Assembly (NCBI GenBank): GCA_032250835.1
Contig: JAVVEA010000011.1
Location: 18,211-82,210 of the forward strand
Reading direction: 5' to 3'
Length of the DNA stretch: 64,000 bases
From: a bacterium
Lineage (GTDB): Bacteria > SAR324 > XYD2-FULL-50-16
Made by a program: the position numbers and the translations under genes. This document shows positions 18,671 through 26,999 of the stretch, in pieces. Position 1 is the first letter of the stretch. Each line of letters opens with the position of its first letter. The notes under the pieces are model-generated. The model searched no databases. It saw nothing but the letters and a program-made list of their open reading frames with translations, and was not told the origin of the DNA.

Positions 18671-19924
18671 ATGCGATCTTTATTGGCCCTGTGCTTCAGT
18701 TTGATCTTTCTGGCCCCCATGTCTTTAATGGCTTGGGATTTTAGTGATCTGCGCCAACAGCTCAAAGCCGACTTGGGCACCAGCGGCCCCGAGCGGCCCC
18801 GGTTGGCGGTGGTCTTTAAAACCGTCAAACGCGAGCAATTGAAGCAGAACTTCAACCTCGTCACCGTCAAAAAGGAACTGGCCCATGAGTTGGTGCGTAG
18901 TTTCCAGGTGCCCGATCCGCTCATCACCGCCGAAGTGTTGCGCCAAAACAACCTGACCGTTGAGCGCTTGATGGCCGACTCGAAGTTAACCGAGGAATTG
19001 GCCCAGCGGACCCAGGCCGAATTGGTTTTGATGGTCTCTTTGACCCCTGAAGGCGAAAATTTGGTGGTTGACGCTAAGTTGGTCACCACCCGCAACCAGC
19101 CTCTTTCGAACCAGCATTTGGTCTTAACGCCCAACGCTAAGAAAGTGGTGCGCTTAAGTGATGCTCCGCTGGTCGCCCAGCCGGTCAACCAACCGGTGGC
19201 CACTTCGGCTCCCGTGGCCTCTCAAGAACGCAGCCTTCGCCAGCCCAAGAGCCTGTTCGCACAATTTGGCGACATGATCCCCAAGGACTTTATGGCCGAC
19301 CATAACGACTCTTGGATGGAAATCAACCCTACCGCTTACATCAACCCCTTAAACAACTATTTGGAGCTGAGCGTTTGGGCCAATAATTTGGCCGATACGG
19401 ACGTCCGGTTTAAGCGTTTGCGCTACGACGTTGCCTTCAGCCAGATCTTTCAGGTTGGCATTGAAGGCTTCGGTAATGACGACTCAGGCCCGCACTCAGG
19501 CTACGGCCACGCCAAGGTGCAGGTGGTCAATTTGCAGGAATTCTCTTTGGCCGTTGGCTACCGCCGCCGGGTCTATTGGAACCCCGAAAACCCAGACTTC
19601 GCGCTCGCCCCTTTGGTAGACGAGTTCAACGACCGCCGCAACAAGTCCACGCTTTACGCCGCCTTAAGCCGCAAAGACAGCGCCCTGGGCATGATGTTCA
19701 ACGTCTACCTGGACAACCAGCGGGTCGGTGCCGGAGCCAAGTACCTGCTGACCGAAGACATCAAGCTGGTGGCTGATGCTTACCAGAACTACTATGAGAA
19801 ACCCTTGATCCAAAACGACGGGGCCCTGGGCATCCAAATCTACAACCCCATGGGCACCATGTTTGGTTTGATGTATCGGGTCGATTCTGAGCAGGTCCAC
19901 GCCAGCTTTGGTTATAGTTTCTAA
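18671..19924 (+). CDS. Hypothetical exported protein: periplasmic alpha/beta domain plus probable C-terminal outer-membrane beta-barrel
   Basis: Signal peptide, Pro/Ala/Val linker, amphipathic beta-strands, C-terminal SFGYSF. Confidence 0.6.
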   Translation: MRSLLALCFSLIFLAPMSLMAWDFSDLRQQLKADLGTSGPERPRLAVVFKTVKREQLKQNFNLVTVKKELAHELVRSFQVPDPLITAEVLRQNNLTVERLMADSKLTEELAQRTQAELVLMVSLTPEGENLVVDAKLVTTRNQPLSNQHLVLTPNAKKVVRLSDAPLVAQPVNQPVATSAPVASQERSLRQPKSLFAQFGDMIPKDFMADHNDSWMEINPTAYINPLNNYLELSVWANNLADTDVRFKRLRYDVAFSQIFQVGIEGFGNDDSGPHSGYGHAKVQVVNLQEFSLAVGYRRRVYWNPENPDFALAPLVDEFNDRRNKSTLYAALSRKDSALGMMFNVYLDNQRVGAGAKYLLTEDIKLVADAYQNYYEKPLIQNDGALGIQIYNPMGTMFGLMYRVDSEQVHASFGYSF

Positions 19925-19931
19925 GCCTCCC

Positions 19932-19951
19932 TGCCGGGCCTCGGCCCGGCA
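19932..19951. terminator. GC-rich hairpin between the OM protein gene and selB
   Basis: TGCCGGGC-ctcg-GCCCGGCA; no U-tract. Confidence 0.3.
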
Positions 19952-20035
19952 CCCCCTCCCCCCAATTCCCTGGTGGTAAGCTTCACGCCTGCCTGTTAGA
20001 CTGCTCTGCGAACGTATCATTGTTAAGGGGAGCTT

Positions 20036-21934
20036 TTGCAGCAGATCACCTTGGGCACCGCTGGCCATATCGACCATGGCAAATCGGCGCTGATCCAGCA
20101 TTTAACAGGCACCGACCCGGACCGGCTCAAAGAAGAAAAGGCCCGCGGCATCACCTTGGACTTAGGTTTTGCCCACTACCAAGCCAGCGAAACGCGCCGC
20201 ATCAGCTTTGTGGACGTACCGGGGCATGAGGGATTGGTGCACAACATGCTGGCCGGGGCCCAGGGCTTTTCGGGCGTCTTGCTTTGCATTGCCGCCGATG
20301 AGGGGCCCATGCCCCAGACCATCGAACACTTTAATCTCTGCCGCCTCCTAGGCATCCAGCGGGGCTTGGTGGTTTTGACCAAAGTCGACCTAGCCGAACG
20401 CGACCTATTGGACCTATTGCGCCTAGAACTGGCCGAACTTTTTGCCGGTAGTTTTTTAGAAAAGGCGCCGGTCTTTGAGGTTTCGGCTAAAACCGGTCAA
20501 GGCATAGAGGCACTCAAAGAAGCCCTGGCCGGGCCGCTCTTTGACCCCCAAGAACCCAGCGGCCCCTTTAGGCTACCCATCGACCGGGCCTTTTCACTCA
20601 AGGGCTTTGGAACCGTCGTCAGCGGGACGGTCTTGAGTGGTCAGGCCGACAAAAATTCCGCCCTTTGGCTCTACCCCGAAGAAAAAGCCGTCAAGCTCCG
20701 GGGCATCCAGTCGGCCTCAGAAGAAGCCGCCAGCGTCCGTGCGGGGATGCGTGCCGCCTTTAACTTGGCGGCACTGGCCAAAGAAGAAATCCAGCGGGGC
20801 TTCCAACTGGCCGAGCCCCACAGCCTGATCGTGACCCAGCGCTTGGGGATCTGGCTTGAGCCACTGGCCCAGGAAGCGGAGCGGATCAAACCGCGCCGCT
20901 GGGTCAAGGTCTTTGCCCATGCGGCCCAAGCAATGGGCCAATTGATCCCCATCGACAGCTTTGAACCCAGTACCGGGCCTCTGTATTGCCTGCTTAAGTT
21001 AGACCGCCCCTTGGCCTTACGCTTCGGTGACCGGTTGATCTTGCGGGGTGGTTCGCCGGAACGTAGCTTGGGCGGGGCGTTGAGTCTGGCCTTAACGGGT
21101 CCCTTAAACCGGCGCAGCCGCGCCTTACTGGGCGAGCTTCTACCCCAATTACACCAACCAGGAGCAGAGGGGCAGATCGAGGCTCTGGTCCGGCTGGCGG
21201 GCCTAGGCGGCCTAAAAACAGACCAATTGGGCCCCCGTTTGGGTCTGGGACATAAAGCGTCTGAACGAGCCGTAGCCGCGCTGTTGGCGCGGCAGGCGCT
21301 CTTGCAGCCCGACAAAAGCGAGGCCCTCTTGATCGCGCCTAGGGAGGCCCGCCGGGTGGTGGATTTCTTCATTCGGGCCCTACAAAGCTACCACAAAAAC
21401 CATCCCGAGGCGCTGGGGGCTCCGGCGGAATACTTCTTTGGTAAGGTGGGGCGCATTTTGCCGCCTGGCCGGGTAACCGGTCTTTTGGCCTGGGCGCTGC
21501 GGCAAAATCTGCTGGCCAAAACCGATAATTTCTATCATCTTGGACACTTCAAAGGAGGCCTTTCAAAAGCCCAACAAAGCTTATTGGACCGGGCGCTGAA
21601 CCAATTAGCCGAGACCGCGCCAGCCGTGCCCGGCCTGTTTCACTTGGCTGAGGCCCTTCAGGTCGAACGGGAACCTTTGTTCAAGACCTTGAAATACGCG
21701 GAAAAACAAGGCCACACGGTCCAGATTGACGAGGACCTCTTTTACCGTACGGCGGATCTAGAGACCCTAAAAGAAATCCTGCGCAGTCATATGGCCCAAA
21801 GCAAAAGCATCACGGTAATCCAGTTCAAGGAACTCGTCGGTTTGAGCCGAAAAAACGCCATCGCGCTTTTGGAGTTCTTCGACCAGCAACGCTTCACCTT
21901 CCGTACAGGTGACCAGCGAGTCTTGCGGGAGTGA
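20036..21934 (+). CDS. selB: Selenocysteine-specific translation elongation factor
   Basis: TTG start; [35 protein letters not shown]; C-terminal winged-helix end [27 protein letters not shown]. Confidence 0.93.
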   Translation: MQQITLGTAGHIDHGKSALIQHLTGTDPDRLKEEKARGITLDLGFAHYQASETRRISFVDVPGHEGLVHNMLAGAQGFSGVLLCIAADEGPMPQTIEHFNLCRLLGIQRGLVVLTKVDLAERDLLDLLRLELAELFAGSFLEKAPVFEVSAKTGQGIEALKEALAGPLFDPQEPSGPFRLPIDRAFSLKGFGTVVSGTVLSGQADKNSALWLYPEEKAVKLRGIQSASEEAASVRAGMRAAFNLAALAKEEIQRGFQLAEPHSLIVTQRLGIWLEPLAQEAERIKPRRWVKVFAHAAQAMGQLIPIDSFEPSTGPLYCLLKLDRPLALRFGDRLILRGGSPERSLGGALSLALTGPLNRRSRALLGELLPQLHQPGAEGQIEALVRLAGLGGLKTDQLGPRLGLGHKASERAVAALLARQALLQPDKSEALLIAPREARRVVDFFIRALQSYHKNHPEALGAPAEYFFGKVGRILPPGRVTGLLAWALRQNLLAKTDNFYHLGHFKGGLSKAQQSLLDRALNQLAETAPAVPGLFHLAEALQVEREPLFKTLKYAEKQGHTVQIDEDLFYRTADLETLKEILRSHMAQSKSITVIQFKELVGLSRKNAIALLEFFDQQRFTFRTGDQRVLRE

Positions 21935-21938
21935 TGCC

Positions 21939-24900
21939 ATGCCTTTGGTGATCGACTTGACCGGCCAATCGGTCCATATCGCCAAATACCAACTGGAGTT
22001 CCCCTTCAGTGCGCCTGCCGGTGCCCTCACCGAAGCGGCTTTGGAAACCTACGCCCTTTTGCGCGGTAGCGATAAGCTCCAAACCGAATCCAGCCGGGAC
22101 CAGCGCGGCGAGGTGATGCGCCTATTGCAGTCTTACGGATTGGCCCTCTTTGAGGCGATCTTCCCCGAAGCAATCCGCCAAAAGCTGCCCAAAGAAGGGG
22201 TGGTTTATATCCGCGCTAAAGACGAAGCGGTACGCCAGCTCCCCTTTGAATTGCTCTATGACGGCAGCAGCTTCATCGCCCAGACCCACGGTTTGGTCCG
22301 GCTTTATGGAGCCCGCAGCCTAGAGCCGAACCACCCCTTTGAACGCCGCCGCCCCCAGCTCAGCGCCGCCTTGATGGGCCACGATCCCTTAAGCGACTTA
22401 CCCCGCAGCAGCAGCTTTTTGGTGCCCATCGAAGAATTTGCCCTTTTGGTGCGCGGCAGCAACAAACGTCTGGAACTGCGGCTGGACGGAGATACGAATT
22501 GGGCCCGTTTGCTCTCGTCCTTAGAGTCGGGACCGGACCTCTTTTTGTTTTCAGGATACCAAGACAAGCGCGGCTGGCGGCTCGCCGGGGAACCCTTCGC
22601 CGAAGCAGACCTGCGCCTGGCCAAAGCCGCCGAAGAAGCGGTCCGCAAGGGGATGCGGCTGATGATCTTGGCCACCGACCAGATGCTGACCCAGGTGGTG
22701 GGTTTAGAGGCCTATGGGGCTATGGGCGTGCCGGCGGTGATCACCCTGGGTGGGCGGCTATCGCGCGGGCGGATGATGGACTACTTCAACAGCCTGCTTT
22801 CGGGTCTGGCGCGCGGCGAAACGCTGCTCAAGTCACACCGCCAAGCGGTCAACCAGCTACAAGCGGCCCTGCCGCTCAGTTGGGATTGGTCTTGGATCCG
22901 CCTTTCGGTGGCCAAAGAATTGGTCAACCACGCCCGCTTGGATCCGCTCCGCGCCTTCCCCATCGACGCCGATGCCCGAGTCGAGTTGCCGTACCCAGCG
23001 GCGGACCCGCTGATCCTCAACCGACGCCGCTTTACGGGCAACAAAGAAGTGTTGGCCCAGTTGATCAGTGCTTTGGTGACCGGCCCGGAACAGGGGGTTA
23101 TCTGGTTGCGCAGCCTAATGGGCCAGCACCAAGAAGAATATGTCTTAGAACTGCTGCGCCGCTTGGCTCCGCGTTGTGATTTTAGCCTAAACCTGCTTTA
23201 TTACTACCGTTGGGGCTACCACGAAAACCAACCGCGCAGCCTACCGGACAGCGAACTGGCCCAGGAGTTTGAATTTCTTTTCTCTGAAGAAAAGATCGGT
23301 CAATATTTCGACCAGTCCCAAATCCCGCTACGCCAGGGAACGGACCCCGAGCAGCGCTACCTACTGATCTTCTATCCGCCCGATAAGGTGGACCCGGTCT
23401 TTGAAGGTTGGCTCTTGGCCCAGCGCGAAGCGGGATGGCGTATCTTATTGCTGAGCCAGCAGAGCTTTGTGACCGAGTTGTCCACCCAGGTAATCAGTTC
23501 AGACCGCACCAGTTGCGAAGAACTGCTGATGGCCTTTGAGGACCGCCTACCCGAGGTTTGGGGGCCGCTGTTGCAAGGCCAAGTACCGGCCCAGATGCGC
23601 AACCACGCGCTTCTGAGCTTAGCCGCCGCGGCCCAAGACCCTGCGGTCCAGGGCCTCTTTTGTGAAAACCGAGAGGTCAGCGAACTTTGGCCGATCGTCT
23701 TTGGGGCGGTCTACAACCGCCTGAGCCACCTTGGCAAGCGCCTTCTGAGCTGTCTTTATCTGTTACGGGTCAAGGTGCCGCGCGAGAACTTGGCGGTGCT
23801 CTTAGGGCCCGAAGAGATCGACCGAGAATTGGAGCACCTTTTTGAGGGGCACCTGATTGAGCGAAACCTAGAAGGCAGCCTCTACTGGATCGCGGGGAAT
23901 CTCTACGGACAAATCCGCCGCCATGACCTCCTCCCCGCCGAAGGCCTGATCAAAAACGGGCAGGAGTTGATGAACAAAATCAACGGAAAATACGACCAAA
24001 TGGGCGGCCCCCGCAGCCTGCTGGTGGCTGGTTCACAGTATCTTCTATCGGAACTGGCGCGCCTAGGCGCGGTGGAAACCGCCTTGGGCCGCAGCCTGCA
24101 ATTTGCCAAGCGGATCAGTGCTCAATTAGACGAAAGCCCACGGATGATCGGCCAATTGCTGCTCACCGCCGTGGAGTTGGCTTTGGTCAGTAAACAGCCC
24201 GAGGCGCTGGAAAAAACCTTTGTGAACATCCTAGCGGTTTTAGATAACCTGCCCTTTGAGACCCAAACGATCCAACTCTACGAGTGGCTCCTGCAAGCCG
24301 AGGAACAGCGGCACAACTGGCCCCAGGTGGCCGAGTTGCAGGTACGCTTAGCGGGGCTTTATGCGCGGGCTTCGCAGCGCGAACGCGCCAAAGGGCTGTT
24401 GGTTTCGGCCACCCAATTAGGCCTAGACCTGCCCAACCCAGCCGAAAAGTTTGGGGTCTTGGTGGAAATCGCCATGTTGCTATTGGAGCTAGGCGAGTTA
24501 GACAAACTCAATGACCTCTTAGAAACGGCCAACTTCGACCCCAGCCACCTCAACCAAGAAAACCTTGCCCGGCTTTGGCTGATCGACGGGCACATCCAGT
24601 TTGACCACAAGCAAAAGGGCCCCGCACTCTTCGCCTTAGAAAAGGCCCTGAGCTACAAACACCCCTTCATCAGCGACGGACTCAGCGCCCAGACTCGACT
24701 GATCCTGGCTCAGTTACACAGCGCTCCCGAGCAGATTACCGAAGACTTGATCCAAGCGGCCCAACTTTTTGAAAAGGCCCGCGAGATCGACCGCGCCGCC
24801 CAGGTTTATGAAGAGCTCTGCACCCATTACAAAGACCAAGGCGAGCCCGAGAAGGCGACAGCCTACCTTGAATGGCTTTACGGCCACTCGACCCAGGCGG

Positions 24901-25037
24901 GACTAAAAGACCGCGCTCAAGGGATCGCGCACCAATTGGGGGGATTGTACTTCCGTATCGGCGACCAAGCCAAATCAACGGATTTTTATAAAAAGGCTCA
25001 AGAGGCAGGGCCCCAAGAACCAACTAAACTGACATGA
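21939..25037 (+). CDS. Large CHAT-like / degenerate STAND-NTPase / winged-helix / TPR protein
   Basis: LPFELL (CHAT entry motif), FLFSGY and MILATD at the His/Cys positions, RRFTG..EVL followed by a decayed P-loop, helical TPR-like C-terminus. Likely ATG at 21939. Confidence 0.6.
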   Translation: MPLVIDLTGQSVHIAKYQLEFPFSAPAGALTEAALETYALLRGSDKLQTESSRDQRGEVMRLLQSYGLALFEAIFPEAIRQKLPKEGVVYIRAKDEAVRQLPFELLYDGSSFIAQTHGLVRLYGARSLEPNHPFERRRPQLSAALMGHDPLSDLPRSSSFLVPIEEFALLVRGSNKRLELRLDGDTNWARLLSSLESGPDLFLFSGYQDKRGWRLAGEPFAEADLRLAKAAEEAVRKGMRLMILATDQMLTQVVGLEAYGAMGVPAVITLGGRLSRGRMMDYFNSLLSGLARGETLLKSHRQAVNQLQAALPLSWDWSWIRLSVAKELVNHARLDPLRAFPIDADARVELPYPAADPLILNRRRFTGNKEVLAQLISALVTGPEQGVIWLRSLMGQHQEEYVLELLRRLAPRCDFSLNLLYYYRWGYHENQPRSLPDSELAQEFEFLFSEEKIGQYFDQSQIPLRQGTDPEQRYLLIFYPPDKVDPVFEGWLLAQREAGWRILLLSQQSFVTELSTQVISSDRTSCEELLMAFEDRLPEVWGPLLQGQVPAQMRNHALLSLAAAAQDPAVQGLFCENREVSELWPIVFGAVYNRLSHLGKRLLSCLYLLRVKVPRENLAVLLGPEEIDRELEHLFEGHLIERNLEGSLYWIAGNLYGQIRRHDLLPAEGLIKNGQELMNKINGKYDQMGGPRSLLVAGSQYLLSELARLGAVETALGRSLQFAKRISAQLDESPRMIGQLLLTAVELALVSKQPEALEKTFVNILAVLDNLPFETQTIQLYEWLLQAEEQRHNWPQVAELQVRLAGLYARASQRERAKGLLVSATQLGLDLPNPAEKFGVLVEIAMLLLELGELDKLNDLLETANFDPSHLNQENLARLWLIDGHIQFDHKQKGPALFALEKALSYKHPFISDGLSAQTRLILAQLHSAPEQITEDLIQAAQLFEKAREIDRAAQVYEELCTHYKDQGEPEKATAYLEWLYGHSTQAGLKDRAQGIAHQLGGLYFRIGDQAKSTDFYKKAQEAGPQEPTKLT

Positions 25038-26428
25038 GCAAAAGCGTCAAAGAAATCGCCAAGTCCATGGCCGACCAAGGCTTTGGGGTACAGCAGATCG
25101 AACTCTTCAGTAAGCTTTATTCCTCCTGGCAACGCCAATCCAAAACCACGCTGGATTGGGGCAAAATCAAAACGCCCGATGCGGACTCCATCCTCCCCTA
25201 CAAAGACCTAGCTGAAGTTACCGAAAAGCGGGCGACCAAACTTTTGGGCCAATTGGCGGTCTGCCGACTCAACGGCGGGCTGGGCACCTCAATGGGTTGC
25301 ATCGGCCCCAAGTCGGCTATCGAAGTGCGCGGAGGGCAGAGTTTTTTAGACCTGATCGTCACCCAAATTTCCGAACTCAACGCGCGGCATAACACCGAGG
25401 TTCCCTTGGTGTTGATGAACAGCTTCAATACCGAACAGGACACGCTGAAGATCATCAAGAAGTATGAAGAAGACCTGACGATCTTCAACTTCACCCAAAA
25501 TGAGTTCCCCCGGCTGCGCCGCGACAGCTTCTTGCCCATGAACCGCAAGAAACACGGCGACGCCGTCAGTTACCCACCGGGCCACGGCGACTTTTTTGAC
25601 TCCATCCACCAGTCGGGGATTTTAGACGCGCTGCTTGCGGCGGGCAAAGAGTTTATGTTTGTCGCCAACGCCGACAACTTAGGCGCTTCGGTGGACCTGA
25701 AAATCTTAAGCGAAATGGAGCGTTCCAATACGCCCTTTTTGATGGAAGTCACCCAAAAGACCCGCGCCGACGTCAAGGGGGGTACGCTGGTCAAAGCTGG
25801 GCCCAAAGGGTTGCGCTTGCTGGAAATTGCCCAGGTTCCCAAAGAGAACGTCGAAGAGTTTAAGTCCGTAAAGACCTTCAAGATATTTAACACCAACAAC
25901 CTTTGGATCAATCTCCGCGCCTTAAAAGACAAGTTGGACAACGGTGGCTTAGAACTCGAAGTGATCGAAAACAAAAAAACGGTGAACCATCTACCGGTAT
26001 TGCAATTAGAAACCGCCATCGGCGGGGCGATTGCTAATTTCAAGGGGGCAAGGGCCATCCAGGTGCCCCGCAGCCGTTTCCTACCGGTCAAGAAGACCGA
26101 CGACCTCTTGTTGGTTCAATCAAACCTCTTTGTCTTACAAGACGGGGTACTGGTACGAAATCCCGAGCGGCAATTTGCCGGGTTGCCTTTGATTCGCCTC
26201 GGTCCTTACTTCAAAAATTTTGAAGATTATCAGCAGCGATTTGAAACAATCCCTGATATACTTGAGCTAGACCTACTTACGGTAGTTGGCGATGTGACCT
26301 TTGGTAGCCACATCACTTTGCGGGGGAACGTAATTTTGGTCTGCGAACAAGGGGGGTTACAGCTGCCCGATGGCACCACCCTGGAAAACAAGGTACTTAC
26401 CGGTTCCATTAAGATGGGTGAGCTTTAA
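25034..26428 (+). CDS. UTP--glucose-1-phosphate uridylyltransferase, eukaryote-type (UDPGP family)
   Basis: RLNGGLGTSMGCIGPKS, VLMNSFNT, YPPGHGD, NADNLGA, FNTNNLW, LQLETAIG, RFLPVKKTDDLLLVQSNLF, plus the C-terminal beta-helix LTVVGDVTFG..ITLRGNV. Confidence 0.92.
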   Translation: MSKSVKEIAKSMADQGFGVQQIELFSKLYSSWQRQSKTTLDWGKIKTPDADSILPYKDLAEVTEKRATKLLGQLAVCRLNGGLGTSMGCIGPKSAIEVRGGQSFLDLIVTQISELNARHNTEVPLVLMNSFNTEQDTLKIIKKYEEDLTIFNFTQNEFPRLRRDSFLPMNRKKHGDAVSYPPGHGDFFDSIHQSGILDALLAAGKEFMFVANADNLGASVDLKILSEMERSNTPFLMEVTQKTRADVKGGTLVKAGPKGLRLLEIAQVPKENVEEFKSVKTFKIFNTNNLWINLRALKDKLDNGGLELEVIENKKTVNHLPVLQLETAIGGAIANFKGARAIQVPRSRFLPVKKTDDLLLVQSNLFVLQDGVLVRNPERQFAGLPLIRLGPYFKNFEDYQQRFETIPDILELDLLTVVGDVTFGSHITLRGNVILVCEQGGLQLPDGTTLENKVLTGSIKMGEL

Positions 26429-26463
26429 GGGCTCAGTTTCGGTAACTCGCCTCACCGCCAGAC

Positions 26464-26480
26464 ATACCCGTATGGGGTAT
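26464..26480. promoter_or_regulatory. CsoR operator
   Basis: Perfect 6-5-6 palindrome ATACCC-gtatg-GGGTAT, 33 bp upstream of csoR. It matches the known CsoR-type TAC..C/G-tract..GTA operators. Confidence 0.8.
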
Positions 26481-26513
26481 CATTACACCTAACTAGGGTG
26501 AAGGAGGTTTCTT

Positions 26514-26780
26514 ATGTTCCCGAACCACGAAGACCAACTCAAGCGACTTGCCAAGATACAAGGCCAAGTCCGCGGCATCAGCAAGATGATCGGCGAGCGC
26601 CGTTACTGCGTCGACATCCTCACCCAGTTAAAAGCGGTCCAAAGCGCTTTGAAAAAAGTGGAATTGGGCATCTTAGAAGGCCATATCCGCCACTGCGTTA
26701 CCGACGCAGCCAAGCTGGGCGGCCCTGATTTAGACGCCAAGATCGAAGAGATCATGAAACTGGTGTCTTACAAAAACTAG
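26514..26780 (+). CDS. csoR: Copper-sensing repressor, CsoR family
   Basis: AAGGAGG RBS; RLAKIQGQVRGI, YCVDIL, EGHIRHC (Cys-His-Cys copper site). Confidence 0.92.
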   Translation: MFPNHEDQLKRLAKIQGQVRGISKMIGERRYCVDILTQLKAVQSALKKVELGILEGHIRHCVTDAAKLGGPDLDAKIEEIMKLVSYKN

Positions 26781-26795
26781 CTGGATTTAGAGACC

Positions 26796-26999
26796 ATGCA
26801 AGCAAAATTGAACGTAGAAAAGATGAAATGCGGTGGCTGTACTTCTAAAGTCGAAGCGATTGCCAAAGAATTTGGTGCCGCCGAGGCCAAAGCCACCGTC
26901 GAAGGCAAAGACCTGACCATCACCTATGAGGGCAACTTAGACGTCCAGGAGCTGGCCCAAAAGATTACCGAAGGCGGCTACCCAGCCCAACCAGCTTGA
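26796..26999 (+). CDS. copZ: Copper chaperone (HMA domain)
   Basis: 67 aa with MKCGGC metal-binding loop, between csoR and copA. Confidence 0.85.
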   Translation: MQAKLNVEKMKCGGCTSKVEAIAKEFGAAEAKATVEGKDLTITYEGNLDVQELAQKITEGGYPAQPA

